64,000 nucleotides of DNA from Candidatus Sumerlaeaceae bacterium (GTDB lineage: Bacteria > Sumerlaeota > Sumerlaeia > Sumerlaeales > Sumerlaeaceae): the NCBI GenBank assembly GCA_051003195.1, contig JBPCLP010000055.1, positions 58,313 through 122,312 of the forward strand. The letters are read 5' to 3'. Position 1 is the first letter of the stretch. Each line of letters begins with the position of its first letter. The position numbers and the translations under genes were made by a program. Shown here in pieces: positions 10,122 through 20,476 of the stretch. The notes under the pieces are model-generated. The model saw only the letters and a list, made by a program, of their open reading frames with translations. It searched no databases and had not been told where the DNA came from.

Positions 10122-13100
10122 ATGAAGAACGAAGCATCGCAACCGCAACGCCGTGGGCCGCAGCAAACCGGAAGGCGTCGTCCGTCCAGTGCCGCCGCCA
10201 TCCTGAAAACCAAAGGAACTGCGGGCCCGCTTGGCGAAAACTATTTCTCCCCTCGGTGGGTTCTGCTGGGACTCACGCTGCTCACCATCAGCCTGGTCGC
10301 TTTTCTTTTCACGCCGTATACGCACCAATTGGATGAAATCAAAAATGTGATCCTGATGTTCTTCCCGCCGTTCCTGCTGATTGGCGCATTATTTCTCAAA
10401 GATTTCCGCACGATGAGCTGGCGCACACATGGCTCAACTATCCTCCTTGGTTTGTTTTTCCTCAACATGATTATTTCGTTCCTGATCAACGATTTCAAAC
10501 TGATCGGCGAACGCGTCATCTGGTTCTGGACTGGGTGCGCCACCTTTACCGTCGTGTTCGCCTGGTTTATGGACAGCGAACTGAAGATGCGGCGGGTAAT
10601 GCTCTACTGGACTTTGCTGGGTCTGGCTTCCACCATCATCGGGCTATTCATGTTCGCTGGCCAGGGCTTTACCGCGATCATTTACGACTTCATGAAGAAC
10701 GACCGGTTCTGGGCGGAATCGCCATGGACTACATTATTCTACACCCTCAAGTCCTCCCGCGGGGACATGTATTCCTTTGTCCTTAACCAGGACTTCTATG
10801 CCGCGTTCCTTGTGATGACGCTGCCCATCCCGCTCGCGATGTTTTTCGCCGAGCAGAAAATGATCTACCGTGCTGTCGCACTTGCTTCTTTCTTACTGAT
10901 GAACGTCTGCCTGGTACTCACAAATTCGAACGACAGCTATCCCAGCATCATCGTCGCATACGTGCTTTTCATTATCCTGGCGGTAAAGTACGTTCAAGGC
11001 TGGAATTTCAGCCGACGATTCATTGTCGTTTTTCTCATCTGTATTGGTGTGTTGCTTGCCGAAGTTGCGCTGCTCATGCTTCCGACTGTCGCCAGTACAT
11101 GGGCATTTAAGTCCGCCGCGTTCGAAGGCCGCAAAGTGCTGTGGGGAGGCGGATTCTGGCCCTGGCTCTACGGCTACGACCGCACTCACACCAATCTGGA
11201 TTTCAGCGCTATTCTATTCGGCGTGGGCCCCGGCGGCTATCGTCACTTCTTCCCATGGTTTCGTCGCCCCGACTTTTTCGACCAGCAAATTAACAACGTC
11301 ACGACCTTTGGTCACAACTGGTACCTCGATGTGCTCCTTGAAACCGGCGCGGTTGGGCTGATCCTGTTCATGTGGTTTCACTTCCGCGTGATCAAGGACG
11401 CACTACGTCAGATCCGCACCACGCAAAGCCGAACGCATCTGCTTTACCAGGTCGCCATTGTCTGCGGACTTGCGGGCATCGCGATCCAGAACTTCTCCAG
11501 CCCGAACAATCGCTGGGCGGTTGCCGGCATGACGTACTGGGCGATGTTCGGTCTCTGCATGGGGCTCCATCATCTTGAGCACCCTGGTGTGTCGAAGAAA
11601 AGTGACCCGGGAACTCTGCCTATTTACAACAGCGTCCGCATAGGAGCTATCGTATTCGCGCTCGTGTTCCTTTGGCGCTGCTCCTTAAATCATGCATTCA
11701 ACTACTGGTCGGCAGCTAAGAAAAACGCAACTGGTCTCAAATTCATGGAAACCGCACAGGCGCCTGGATTGCCGGATGATCAGCGTCCCGTGTATCTGCA
11801 AATCGCACAGAAGCAATTCGAGGAAGCCATTAGCGAAAACCCCACTTTTGCGACATCGTATTACAAGCTCGGCAACGTATACAATTCGGTCGAAGCAACC
11901 GATAAGGCCATCAAGACTTATGAAGAGCTGAACAAGATCAGCCCTAGTTACTCCGAAATTTACCTTAACCTTGGCATCATGTATTATGTCGAGGCTACTG
12001 AGAAGGCGCAGAGGATCGGCAGGCTGCGCAAAACGGCCGACCAGAAACTTGCCGAAGCCAGCAAGGCGCGCTCTGAGGAGCGGCAGAAATTGCGCGACGA
12101 GGCCGGTCAACTGACCGAGGAAGCCGCCTCTATCGAAGCGCAACTTCCTGAGTTGATGCTGCACAATTACGAGAAGAGCTACGACGCCTTCAAGGAAGCG
12201 GCCCGTCAGAGCCTGAAACCAAACGTGCAGATGCTCGCCGCGGACCAGGGCCAGCAACTTGCCGAACTGTATGAGGATGCCGGGGCGCCGGAAAAAGCCG
12301 CCGGCATCCTGGAGGAGATCAAAAAGCACTACTGGACGGTGCTCACGTATGAGCCGAAACTCGAGGATGTAAAGGCCGACAGAAAAAGAAAATATCCTGT
12401 CGCACAGGCAAAGCTGTACGAACTCTCACAAAAGACGCACGACATGGCCGGTGCCGAAAAAGTTCTCAAATTAATGGTCGCGGATAATCCAGACAACCAG
12501 CAATATCTGCTGAGGCTGTTAAGGGCGTATGATCAACAAGGCAAAACTAAAGAAAAGATCGAGTACCTGGAAATCGCCGTGCATGACAATCCGGTCGATT
12601 CACGCCTGCGAGCGATACTTGCCGACGCCTATGCGCAAGCTGGGGACCAGGCGAAATATATGGCAGAGCTGCAGCGCGTTGAAGTGCTCCAGCCTGGCAG
12701 CCCGACCGCGTTGTCTGGATTGTATCTTGCCTATAAGGAAAAGGATAAGTCGAAGGCGGAACACTATCGCGGTAAACTACAGCAAATTGGCGTGAGTGCG
12801 GACGATCTGACTACCATTATCCGCGAAGGAGTCAGCACCGCAACCCTTGCTGCCTCAAAACCAAAACAGGACCAGGCCGCTCCCGCTGAAGTAGCGACGT
12901 CGCCGTCGGTTGCCGGGCAGCCCGTTACGCCCGCTGAAAAAGCGATAACAGGAGCATCGACACAGACGGTCGCAACTGCCATCACGCAGGGGGCCGCTAC
13001 ATCGGCGACCGCCGCGTCCGCAGCAGTCACGGCGCCAACTCCCGTGACACTTCCCCCCGCCCCTGGCACTCAATCAAGCGACGCCCCCACGACCGCACCC

Positions 13101-13133
13101 GGGCCGGAAACCTCCACCAGCGCGTCTAAATAG
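10122..13133 (+). CDS. O-antigen ligase/O-oligosaccharyltransferase (Wzy_C)-like membrane protein with TPRs and an Ala/Thr/Pro-rich tail
   Basis: Many TM segments, FGVGPGGY...HNWYLDVLLETGAVG motif, TPR-like repeats, low-complexity C-terminus. Confidence 0.8.
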   Translation: MKNEASQPQRRGPQQTGRRRPSSAAAILKTKGTAGPLGENYFSPRWVLLGLTLLTISLVAFLFTPYTHQLDEIKNVILMFFPPFLLIGALFLKDFRTMSWRTHGSTILLGLFFLNMIISFLINDFKLIGERVIWFWTGCATFTVVFAWFMDSELKMRRVMLYWTLLGLASTIIGLFMFAGQGFTAIIYDFMKNDRFWAESPWTTLFYTLKSSRGDMYSFVLNQDFYAAFLVMTLPIPLAMFFAEQKMIYRAVALASFLLMNVCLVLTNSNDSYPSIIVAYVLFIILAVKYVQGWNFSRRFIVVFLICIGVLLAEVALLMLPTVASTWAFKSAAFEGRKVLWGGGFWPWLYGYDRTHTNLDFSAILFGVGPGGYRHFFPWFRRPDFFDQQINNVTTFGHNWYLDVLLETGAVGLILFMWFHFRVIKDALRQIRTTQSRTHLLYQVAIVCGLAGIAIQNFSSPNNRWAVAGMTYWAMFGLCMGLHHLEHPGVSKKSDPGTLPIYNSVRIGAIVFALVFLWRCSLNHAFNYWSAAKKNATGLKFMETAQAPGLPDDQRPVYLQIAQKQFEEAISENPTFATSYYKLGNVYNSVEATDKAIKTYEELNKISPSYSEIYLNLGIMYYVEATEKAQRIGRLRKTADQKLAEASKARSEERQKLRDEAGQLTEEAASIEAQLPELMLHNYEKSYDAFKEAARQSLKPNVQMLAADQGQQLAELYEDAGAPEKAAGILEEIKKHYWTVLTYEPKLEDVKADRKRKYPVAQAKLYELSQKTHDMAGAEKVLKLMVADNPDNQQYLLRLLRAYDQQGKTKEKIEYLEIAVHDNPVDSRLRAILADAYAQAGDQAKYMAELQRVEVLQPGSPTALSGLYLAYKEKDKSKAEHYRGKLQQIGVSADDLTTIIREGVSTATLAASKPKQDQAAPAEVATSPSVAGQPVTPAEKAITGASTQTVATAITQGAATSATAASAAVTAPTPVTLPPAPGTQSSDAPTTAPGPETSTSASK

Positions 13134-13314
13134 CCGGCTCGGGCTCTCGGGCCGGGGCCCGTTACGCCTGACCAGTGAGTGCGTCAAAAACTCCTGGCTC
13201 CCCCTTGCCTGGCGGTTAATCCCGCCATATAGTCCCATCCCATTCGCGCTTGCATCGGAGTAACGCCGCCATGAAAAACGCGGCACTTAACCAGATCGGA
13301 CACGAAGTAGACCA

Positions 13315-15138
13315 ATGGCACCAGCAAATCAGCGCGTAATCGTCGTCGGCGGCGGCCTTGCCGGGCTTATGACCACCATCAAGCTTGCCGAGGCTGGCAC
13401 CCCGGTCGACCTCTTTTCCATTGTCCCTGTAAAACGCAGCCACTCCGTGTGTGCGCAGGGCGGCATCAACGGTGCCAAAAATACCAAGGGCGAGGGCGAC
13501 AGCCCGGAAATTCACTTCGACGACACGATCTACGGCGGCGACTTCCTGGCGAATCAGCCACCCGTTAAAGCAATGTGCTACGCAGCGCCTGGAATTATCG
13601 ACCTGATGGACCGCATGGGCGTGATGTTTAACCGCACCCCCGAAGGTCTGCTGGATTTTCGGCGCTTTGGCGGCACACTCTACCACCGCACCGCATACGC
13701 CGGCGCGACCACCGGACAACAGTTGCTCTACGCTCTGGATGAGCAGGTGCGACGCCACGAAGTCGCCGGACTGGTCAAAAAATACGAGCTTTGGGAGTTC
13801 CTGCGCGTCATCAAAGATGGTGACGGCGTTTGCCGCGGTATTGTCGCAACCGATATTCGCAACCTTGAGACACAGGCTTTTCGCGCGGATGCTGTTGTGC
13901 TGTGCACCGGCGGACCAGGTCTCGTTTTTGGTCGTTCGACCAATTCCATCATCAACACAGGCGCTGCGGGCAGCCGCGCATATCAACAGGGCTGTGTCTA
14001 CGCCAACGGTGAGTTCGTGCAGGTTCATCCGACCGCTATCCCCGGGGAGGACAAGTTGCGCCTGATGAGTGAATCTGCACGCGGTGAAGGCGGACGCGTA
14101 TGGGTATGGGGCGACAGCAGCAAAACCTATGAGAACCCATTCATCCGCGATGCCGGCGGCAATTTCGGAAAATTCAAATGCGGCGAAACCGGCAAGCCCT
14201 GGTTCTTCCTCGAAGAAATGTATCCGAAATACGGAAACCTGGTGCCCCGCGACGTCGCCACCCGCGAAATTTTTATGATCTGCACCAAGATGGGCATGGG
14301 CATCGACGGAGAGAACAAGGTCTACCTGGATCTCTCACACAAAAACCCGCACGAGCTGGAGCGGAAGCTCGGCGGCATTCTCGAAATTTACGAAAAGTTT
14401 GTCGGAGTTGACCCCAAGACGCATCCCATGGAAATCTTTCCCGCTGTCCACTATTCCATGGGCGGTCTCTGGTGCGACTATAACCAGATGACGAACATCC
14501 CTGGCCTGTACACCGCGGGCGAGGCTGACTACCAGTACCATGGCGCCAACCGCCTTGGTGCTAATTCATTAATGTCCTGTATCTTCGCTGGAATCATGCT
14601 TGGCCCGCACATCTCCGCCTACTTGAAGAATCTCAACCACACCGCGATGGAAATGGACAGCAGCCTTTTCGATCGGGAACGTCAGGTTGAAGTGGATGAC
14701 CTCAACGCCATCATCGCGATGAACGGCAAGGAGAACGCCTTCACGATGTGGCGCGAAATGGGTGAGCTCATGACTCGCAACGTGACCATCGTTCGATACA
14801 ATAAAGAGCTCGAAGCTACCGACGCAAAGCTCCAGGAATTCCAGCAGCGCTGGAACAACATCGATGTCAGCGATACCACCCGCACCTATAACACCACGGT
14901 TCTTTTCGCCAAGCAGTTCCGCGATATGCTTCACCTTGCCCGCGCCATTACCGTGGGAGCACTCGCCCGAAATGAGAGCCGCGGCGCCCACTACAAACCG
15001 GATTTTCCTAACCGCGACGACGCCAATTGGATGAAAACGACAATGGCAAGCTACACCCCCGCCGGACCGCAACTCGACTACGAGCCTGTCGACATTGGCC
15101 TCATCACCCCCCGCGCGCGCAAATACGCCAGCGCGTAA
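13315..15138 (+). CDS. sdhA: Succinate dehydrogenase/fumarate reductase flavoprotein subunit
   Basis: VVGGGLAG, RSHSVCAQGGIN (FAD-His), HYSMGG, HGANRLGANSL, RNESRGAH. Confidence 0.95.
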   Translation: MAPANQRVIVVGGGLAGLMTTIKLAEAGTPVDLFSIVPVKRSHSVCAQGGINGAKNTKGEGDSPEIHFDDTIYGGDFLANQPPVKAMCYAAPGIIDLMDRMGVMFNRTPEGLLDFRRFGGTLYHRTAYAGATTGQQLLYALDEQVRRHEVAGLVKKYELWEFLRVIKDGDGVCRGIVATDIRNLETQAFRADAVVLCTGGPGLVFGRSTNSIINTGAAGSRAYQQGCVYANGEFVQVHPTAIPGEDKLRLMSESARGEGGRVWVWGDSSKTYENPFIRDAGGNFGKFKCGETGKPWFFLEEMYPKYGNLVPRDVATREIFMICTKMGMGIDGENKVYLDLSHKNPHELERKLGGILEIYEKFVGVDPKTHPMEIFPAVHYSMGGLWCDYNQMTNIPGLYTAGEADYQYHGANRLGANSLMSCIFAGIMLGPHISAYLKNLNHTAMEMDSSLFDRERQVEVDDLNAIIAMNGKENAFTMWREMGELMTRNVTIVRYNKELEATDAKLQEFQQRWNNIDVSDTTRTYNTTVLFAKQFRDMLHLARAITVGALARNESRGAHYKPDFPNRDDANWMKTTMASYTPAGPQLDYEPVDIGLITPRARKYASA

Positions 15139-15188
15139 GGCAAAATTACGGAGGGCGGCACTACATGAATCGGTTACCCGCTCCATTG

Positions 15189-15202
15189 TATGGGTACCCA
15201 TA
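15189..15202. promoter_or_regulatory. Perfect 14-bp palindrome abutting the vapB start, putative TA operator
   Basis: TATGGGT|ACCCATA; its last A is the A of the ATG at 15202. Confidence 0.6.
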
Positions 15203-15453
15203 TGAAGACTACCATAGATATTGCTGATCCCCTTTTCAAAGAGGCTCAGCAAATTGCCGCAACAGAGGGCATCACGTTTCGCGCGCTTGTGGAACAAAGT
15301 CTTCGCTCCGCCATCCGGCAAAGACACGGGACGCCCAAGGCGCCATTTAAAATGCGAGATGCCAGCTTTAAAGGCGAGGGTATAAATAAGGAATTCGAAA
15401 ATGCCACCTGGCCGGTGATTCGAAACCTGATCTATGGATTACCGCCTGATTGA
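15202..15453 (+). CDS. vapB: VapB-type antitoxin (ribbon-helix-helix, MKTTIDI type)
   Basis: MKTTIDIADPLFKEAQQIA...TFRALVEQSLR; overlaps the PIN gene by 4 nt. Confidence 0.8.
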   Translation: MKTTIDIADPLFKEAQQIAATEGITFRALVEQSLRSAIRQRHGTPKAPFKMRDASFKGEGINKEFENATWPVIRNLIYGLPPD

Positions 15454-15887
15454 TTGCGGTAGATACCAACTTGTTGGTCTATGCACATCGTGCTGACTCG
15501 CCGTGGCACGACAAAGCGTACGAACTCGTGAGGAGTTTGGTGGAATCAGGAAGAGCATGGGCAGTGCCTTGGCATTGCCTTTTTGAATTCTTAGCAGTAG
15601 TCACGCATTTACGCGTGTACAAGCCAGCAACTCCACTTCAACAGGCGCTCGAGCAAATTCGAGTTTGGAAAGAATCGCCAACCCTCGTACTTCTGGGTGA
15701 AAATGAATCCATGCTGATTCAATTCGCCACCCTCGCGCAGAACGCACAATGTAGCGGCGGCATGATTTACGACGCGCGGATTGCGTCCCTGTGTATTGCA
15801 CATGGTGTCAGTGAACTCTGGACCGCCGACCGGGATTTCAGCCGCTTCCCCAAGCTGAAAACACGCAACCCGCTGATAGTTTCCTGA
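15450..15887 (+). CDS. vapC: VapC PIN-domain ribonuclease toxin
   Basis: IAVDTNLLVYA, E, YDARIA, TADRDFSRF acidic PIN residues. Confidence 0.92.
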   Translation: MIAVDTNLLVYAHRADSPWHDKAYELVRSLVESGRAWAVPWHCLFEFLAVVTHLRVYKPATPLQQALEQIRVWKESPTLVLLGENESMLIQFATLAQNAQCSGGMIYDARIASLCIAHGVSELWTADRDFSRFPKLKTRNPLIVS

Positions 15888-15950
15888 CGGACCAAACCAT
15901 CGGCGGCGGTGGCTGGTCTGATCTGGACTAAGAGCGGCAAAGGTTGAACA

Positions 15951-16283
15951 ATGGACAAAAACATTTTGTGCGGAGTTGTTATTTGGACGTGTTCAGTGGC
16001 GTTGGGAGCACAACCTGAGGAAATTGGGTTGTCCCAACGCCGTGCGGCTGTGGGCACAACCGAAACAACCACGCTGACCACGGGCTCAATTCCGCTGGCG
16101 ATAATCCCTGTTTTTCCACAAGTGCGGCGATCGCGACGGCAGCCCGGGGTTTTTGTAGATCCCGGCACGACGGGGTCGCGCACGATTATTATTACGCCGT
16201 CTCCTGGCCAGCGCCCGCAATATAACCCCGAACTGGATCAGGACGGATATCCCAAACCACACATCCGGCTACTGGATAAATGA
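15951..16283 (+). CDS. Hypothetical, probably exported protein
   Basis: ATG start with a hydrophobic signal-like N-terminus; fills the gap between vapC and the GT4 gene. Confidence 0.5.
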   Translation: MDKNILCGVVIWTCSVALGAQPEEIGLSQRRAAVGTTETTTLTTGSIPLAIIPVFPQVRRSRRQPGVFVDPGTTGSRTIIITPSPGQRPQYNPELDQDGYPKPHIRLLDK

Positions 16284-16426
16284 CAAGCGCGCAGATCAGG
16301 CATTTGCCTGCCTTCTTTTAAGCTGGTTGACGACTATCACCCACACAATTTGCGCTCTCAATCCACTGGATGAACTAATCGCGCTTTTCGCCGGTGTCGT
16401 AAAGGACCCTTCCCAGCGCTAATAAC

Positions 16427-17557
16427 TCAGCCCCCGGCTACGACCTTGCGGTAAACTTCCAGCGTTTGCGCGGCGGCCCTCCCCCACGAAAACTTTGACG
16501 CCTGCTCCATTCCCTTCTGGCGCAAGTCTGCAGCAAATTCTGGATCGGCAAGCACGCCCCGCATCGCGCCGGCAATTTCATCTACCTTCACCGGATTGAC
16601 CTTCACCGCCGCAGCGCCAACCACCTCAGGAATGGATGAGGTGTTGGAAGTGATGACAGGTGCACCGCATGCCATCGCTTCCAGCGGCGGCAGGCCAAAT
16701 CCCTCATACAGGGACGGATAAACGAAAGCATCGCAAAAATTAAAAAGCTCAACTACAGCATCGTCCGGCATATGTCCTGTAATATGAATGCGTTCCTTCG
16801 CTGCGGCGTTTTCTGCAGCCGCCAGGATACCCTCGTACAGCCAGCCTTTGTCCCCTGCCAGCACAAGCTGGTGATCCGGAAACTCTCGTGCGATCTGATC
16901 AAACGCTCGCACGATCCGCTCCACGTTCTTGCCAGGCTCCAAAGTACCAACGTACAATAGATACGGCATGCTTGCGAGCCCCAGCCTGGCGAGAATCGTC
17001 TGCTCGCGCGGGTTGTCTATGCGACGAAATCGGGCGTGCGCAGCCTCGGGAATGACGTGCGTCTTCCTCTCCGCGCCAGGAAAGAAGCGTGCGATGTCAC
17101 GCCGGCTGTTCTCGCTGACCGTGATAATTGCGTCCGCCAGCTTCACACTGCGCGTAGTCATGGCGTACCAGTAGTGTCGGCGAACCGGCGGGCAGCGCTC
17201 CGGCTGCACATAATAGGAAAGATCATGGATGGTAACCACATACGGACAGACTTTGCGGAGAGGCAGAAAGTTCGACATCCCATGAAATACGTCGAACCCA
17301 TGCCGCTTCAGCTCTCCCGGCAGCAGGGTATACTCATGAAGCAGCCGCAACGTGCGCGCCTGCTGCGGCAGTCCCCATGTCACCGGGTTAAGGTTAGGTG
17401 CAGGGATCGAATAGTTCGACACGTTTTCCTGCGTGCAGAGAATCGTGAACTTGTCCTGCGGTGCAAGAGGGAGCATCGCCTCAGTAAGTGCGTGGATGTA
17501 CTGGCCCACTCCGCTTTTTGCGGCACGCACCTGCAAAGCATTCAACCCAATCTTCAC
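16427..17557 (-). CDS. Glycosyltransferase family 4 (mannosyltransferase-like)
   Basis: VVTIHDL, VGTLEPGKN, PSLYEGFGLPPLEAMACG; start moved to GTG 17557 (VKIGLNA) to avoid overlap with tsaE. Confidence 0.9.
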   Translation of the reverse strand: MKIGLNALQVRAAKSGVGQYIHALTEAMLPLAPQDKFTILCTQENVSNYSIPAPNLNPVTWGLPQQARTLRLLHEYTLLPGELKRHGFDVFHGMSNFLPLRKVCPYVVTIHDLSYYVQPERCPPVRRHYWYAMTTRSVKLADAIITVSENSRRDIARFFPGAERKTHVIPEAAHARFRRIDNPREQTILARLGLASMPYLLYVGTLEPGKNVERIVRAFDQIAREFPDHQLVLAGDKGWLYEGILAAAENAAAKERIHITGHMPDDAVVELFNFCDAFVYPSLYEGFGLPPLEAMACGAPVITSNTSSIPEVVGAAAVKVNPVKVDEIAGAMRGVLADPEFAADLRQKGMEQASKFSWGRAAAQTLEVYRKVVAGG

Positions 17558-17647
17558 GGCGCCAGCTTTGCAGTAAGTCCTGCTCGCGCAAATAGAAAAC
17601 ATCACTCCGCTGTTGCATCTGGGCCGGCGGGCTCGTGCGATTCCCCC

Positions 17648-18151
17648 ATGCCATTCCAAACAGTGCTGAAGTCCAACTCGCCCGCCGAAACTGCGAGCAT
17701 CGCTGCGGCATTGGCCAGCGTGCTGAGGGGCGGCGAGTACATATCACTGGAGGGCGATCTCGGCGCCGGGAAAACGCTTTTCGCCGGTGCATTAATTCAT
17801 GCACTTGGCGTGACGATACACGTTACCAGCCCTACCTTTGTACTGCAGAAGGAATATGAAACGCCCGGCGGCCTGCCGGTGAGCTCAATTCTTCACTATG
17901 ACTTCTACCGGATTCAGACCTATGCAGAGTTGCTGGATCTTGGATTTGAGGACACACCGGACCATGCCGTTGTCGTTGCCGAATGGGGCGACAAATTCGT
18001 CAGCAATTTCCCCGGCAATGTCATTCGGGTACTCATTGCCGGCTGCGGGGAAGACACGCGTACTCTCGTTTTGCACCTTTCCGGTGCGTCCCAAAATGCG
18101 CAATTCGCGCAGGCTTTAAAGAGCGTGCAAATACGGCAGCAAGAGCCTTGA
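17648..18151 (+). CDS. tsaE: tRNA threonylcarbamoyladenosine biosynthesis ATPase
   Basis: LEGDLGAGKT, VTSPTF, HYDFYRI, VAEWG. Confidence 0.93.
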   Translation: MPFQTVLKSNSPAETASIAAALASVLRGGEYISLEGDLGAGKTLFAGALIHALGVTIHVTSPTFVLQKEYETPGGLPVSSILHYDFYRIQTYAELLDLGFEDTPDHAVVVAEWGDKFVSNFPGNVIRVLIAGCGEDTRTLVLHLSGASQNAQFAQALKSVQIRQQEP

Positions 18152-18175
18152 CGGCGGATGCCGTCCAGCTGAAAT

Positions 18176-19393
18176 ATGCCAGCCATGCGTAGGTTGCGCC
18201 TCGTGCCGCTTCTGGCCTTCATTTTAATCTCTTATGGTTTAATTTGGTACCGTACATCTGCCCATGGCATGGATAGCCTTAGTGTGCTCGCAATCGTAGG
18301 GATGTTTAGTTGGTTTGTATCCGTATACGAATGGCGCCGCAGCGGAGCAAAGCCGGTACTGGCTTGCGTCGTTGCCTACGCATGGATTGTCGCAAGTACC
18401 AGCACTCCAGACACGCGCGACTTCAACACCCTCATAAGTCAGCTCCTGATAATTTCGCTCCCCGTACTGGCAGTTCTTGTTCTACCGCAGCGCGCTCTCA
18501 ATAGCCATCGACTGCTGACAGCGATATTCGCGAGCATGCTGGCGATCGCTCTCCACATTGCGCTTCTCTCCACATTGCGGAAAGTGCTGGGTACGCCTCC
18601 GTTCGAGTTGCTGATCTTCTCGGCTCCCGGTGTCGGGCTTAGTATCCTCCTCGTATTCGCCTGGAGACAAAAATCCATCCTGGCAATCTCAACCTCGGCA
18701 GCGCTGCTGATCTGGTTCGCGCTTTGGCTGCTTACCCGTATGCTTGGGGTGGAGTTTTGGATGCAGAACTCGCTTATTGTCGCGTTGCTCATTGGGCCGC
18801 TCGCAATTTTGCTCCTTGAGCCATCTCCTTCCAGGCGCGTAACCGACCGGGCAGTTACATTCCTGGCACAAACCGACGACGCCAATCTTCGCGACGCACT
18901 CACCGGCGCCTTCAATCGCCGTGCCCTTGATACTGAAGGCATGCGATTGTTTAAGCAAACGTTGAAATCCGATCGCCCGATTTCCGTTCTTATGCTCGAC
19001 ATCGATCACTTCAAGCCGGTGAATGACCTTTATGGCCATGCAGTCGGCGATGCTGTGCTGGCTAAATTTTCTCAGGTGATCTCTACGCAGGTTCGCGGCA
19101 CCGATATGGTCTCGCGTTACGGCGGAGAAGAATTTGTAGTGCTGCTGCCGGGCGCCCCCCTTGCCCCGGCAATGCGCCTCGCGGAACAAATGCGGGATGC
19201 CGTTCAACAAAATGAAATTGCGCACGGCGAGCGGACATTAAAGATCACGACGAGCGTAGGCGTTACCTCTACATTTCCCGGAGATAACAGCGACTTTGCC
19301 CAGACGATCGCGCGAGCAGACCGCAACCTCTATCGCGCTAAACACAATGGCCGCAACCGGGTCATGGCAGATCCACTGCCCGGCGAACTATAA
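18176..19393 (+). CDS. Membrane-bound diguanylate cyclase
   Basis: Multiple TM helices, DALTGAFNRR, DIDHFK..ND..GH, RxxD I-site (RGTD) and GGEEF. Confidence 0.92.
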   Translation: MPAMRRLRLVPLLAFILISYGLIWYRTSAHGMDSLSVLAIVGMFSWFVSVYEWRRSGAKPVLACVVAYAWIVASTSTPDTRDFNTLISQLLIISLPVLAVLVLPQRALNSHRLLTAIFASMLAIALHIALLSTLRKVLGTPPFELLIFSAPGVGLSILLVFAWRQKSILAISTSAALLIWFALWLLTRMLGVEFWMQNSLIVALLIGPLAILLLEPSPSRRVTDRAVTFLAQTDDANLRDALTGAFNRRALDTEGMRLFKQTLKSDRPISVLMLDIDHFKPVNDLYGHAVGDAVLAKFSQVISTQVRGTDMVSRYGGEEFVVLLPGAPLAPAMRLAEQMRDAVQQNEIAHGERTLKITTSVGVTSTFPGDNSDFAQTIARADRNLYRAKHNGRNRVMADPLPGEL

Positions 19394-19411
19394 TCCGCGC
19401 CTTTCTTTAAC

Positions 19412-20401
19412 TCATCCTCGGTAGCCATCGGGGTTCTTCTGCATCCAGTTCCATGCAGATTCGATAATATCGTTCAGTTGAGGATATTTAGGCTGCCATC
19501 CAAGCTCGCGGCGAATTTTTTCGGACGACGCAACGAGCATGTTCGGGTCACCGGTGCGGCGCGCACCTGTCCGATACGGGACCGATTTGCCAGCGACGCG
19601 CTCCGCCGCCGCTATTACTTCCCGCACAGTAAATCCCTGTCCATTACCTAAATTAAACTTTTCGCTTCGGCCACCCTCCAGCAGGTGGCGAAGCGCGAGA
19701 ATGTGCGCGCCAGCCAGGTCCGAGACATGTACATAATCGCGCACACACGTCCCATCCCTGGTCGGGTAATTGTCTCCAAAAATCGTAATTGCTTCGCCCA
19801 TGCCGCGCGCGGCTTGCAATATCAACGGGATGAGGTGCGTCTCGGGTCGGTGATCCTCACCGCAGTTCTCCGTCGCGCCCGCGGCGTTAAAGTAGCGCAG
19901 ACATACGCTTCGCAGGCCGTATGCCGCTTCGCACTCATCCAGCAGGTGCTCAAACACGAGCTTTGTACGGCCATAGGGGTTGGCCGGAGCTTTTAGATCG
20001 TCTTCGCAGATAGGCTGCTTTGCTGCATCGCCGAAAATAGCCGCAGTCGACGAGAAGACAATGTTCTGCACCCCGTTCGCTCTCATCGCCTGGAGCAGGT
20101 TCGCTCCGTTCGCGATATTATTCTGGTAATAATCCAGCGGCGCCTGGACCGATTCGCCTACGATCGAGCTGGCACTGAAGTGCATCACCGCTTCGAACCG
20201 CCGGGTCGCTAGCAGCGTCTCCAACATTTTGTTATCACAGAGATCGCCAACCACCAGTTCAGCGCCATCTACAACCGCATGCCGATGCCCCCGCGACAGG
20301 TTGTCTAAGACAACAACAGAATGGCCCGCGGCGACAAGATGCTCAACCGTCACACTGCCGATATATCCTGCGCCACCCACCACCAGAACCGATTGCGTCA
20401 T
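19412..20401 (-). CDS. galE: UDP-glucose 4-epimerase
   Basis: VVGGAGYIGS, FSSTAA, YGRTK, LRYFNAAGA, DGTCVRDYVHV. Confidence 0.95.
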   Translation of the reverse strand: MTQSVLVVGGAGYIGSVTVEHLVAAGHSVVVLDNLSRGHRHAVVDGAELVVGDLCDNKMLETLLATRRFEAVMHFSASSIVGESVQAPLDYYQNNIANGANLLQAMRANGVQNIVFSSTAAIFGDAAKQPICEDDLKAPANPYGRTKLVFEHLLDECEAAYGLRSVCLRYFNAAGATENCGEDHRPETHLIPLILQAARGMGEAITIFGDNYPTRDGTCVRDYVHVSDLAGAHILALRHLLEGGRSEKFNLGNGQGFTVREVIAAAERVAGKSVPYRTGARRTGDPNMLVASSEKIRRELGWQPKYPQLNDIIESAWNWMQKNPDGYRG

Positions 20402-20476
20402 GAAGCTCCACTGCTGCACAGAGATTTGCAGCAGTAGGCGGATGCACGGAGGATGACTGCAAGTACATAACAATCT

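Noticed and set aside
17036..17647. Long N-terminal extensions in the ORF track for tsaE, aroB (21001), GT2 (8476), the hydrolase (21625) and acpP (2197)
   Set aside because: Most overlap neighbouring genes, and family homology begins at the downstream starts used.
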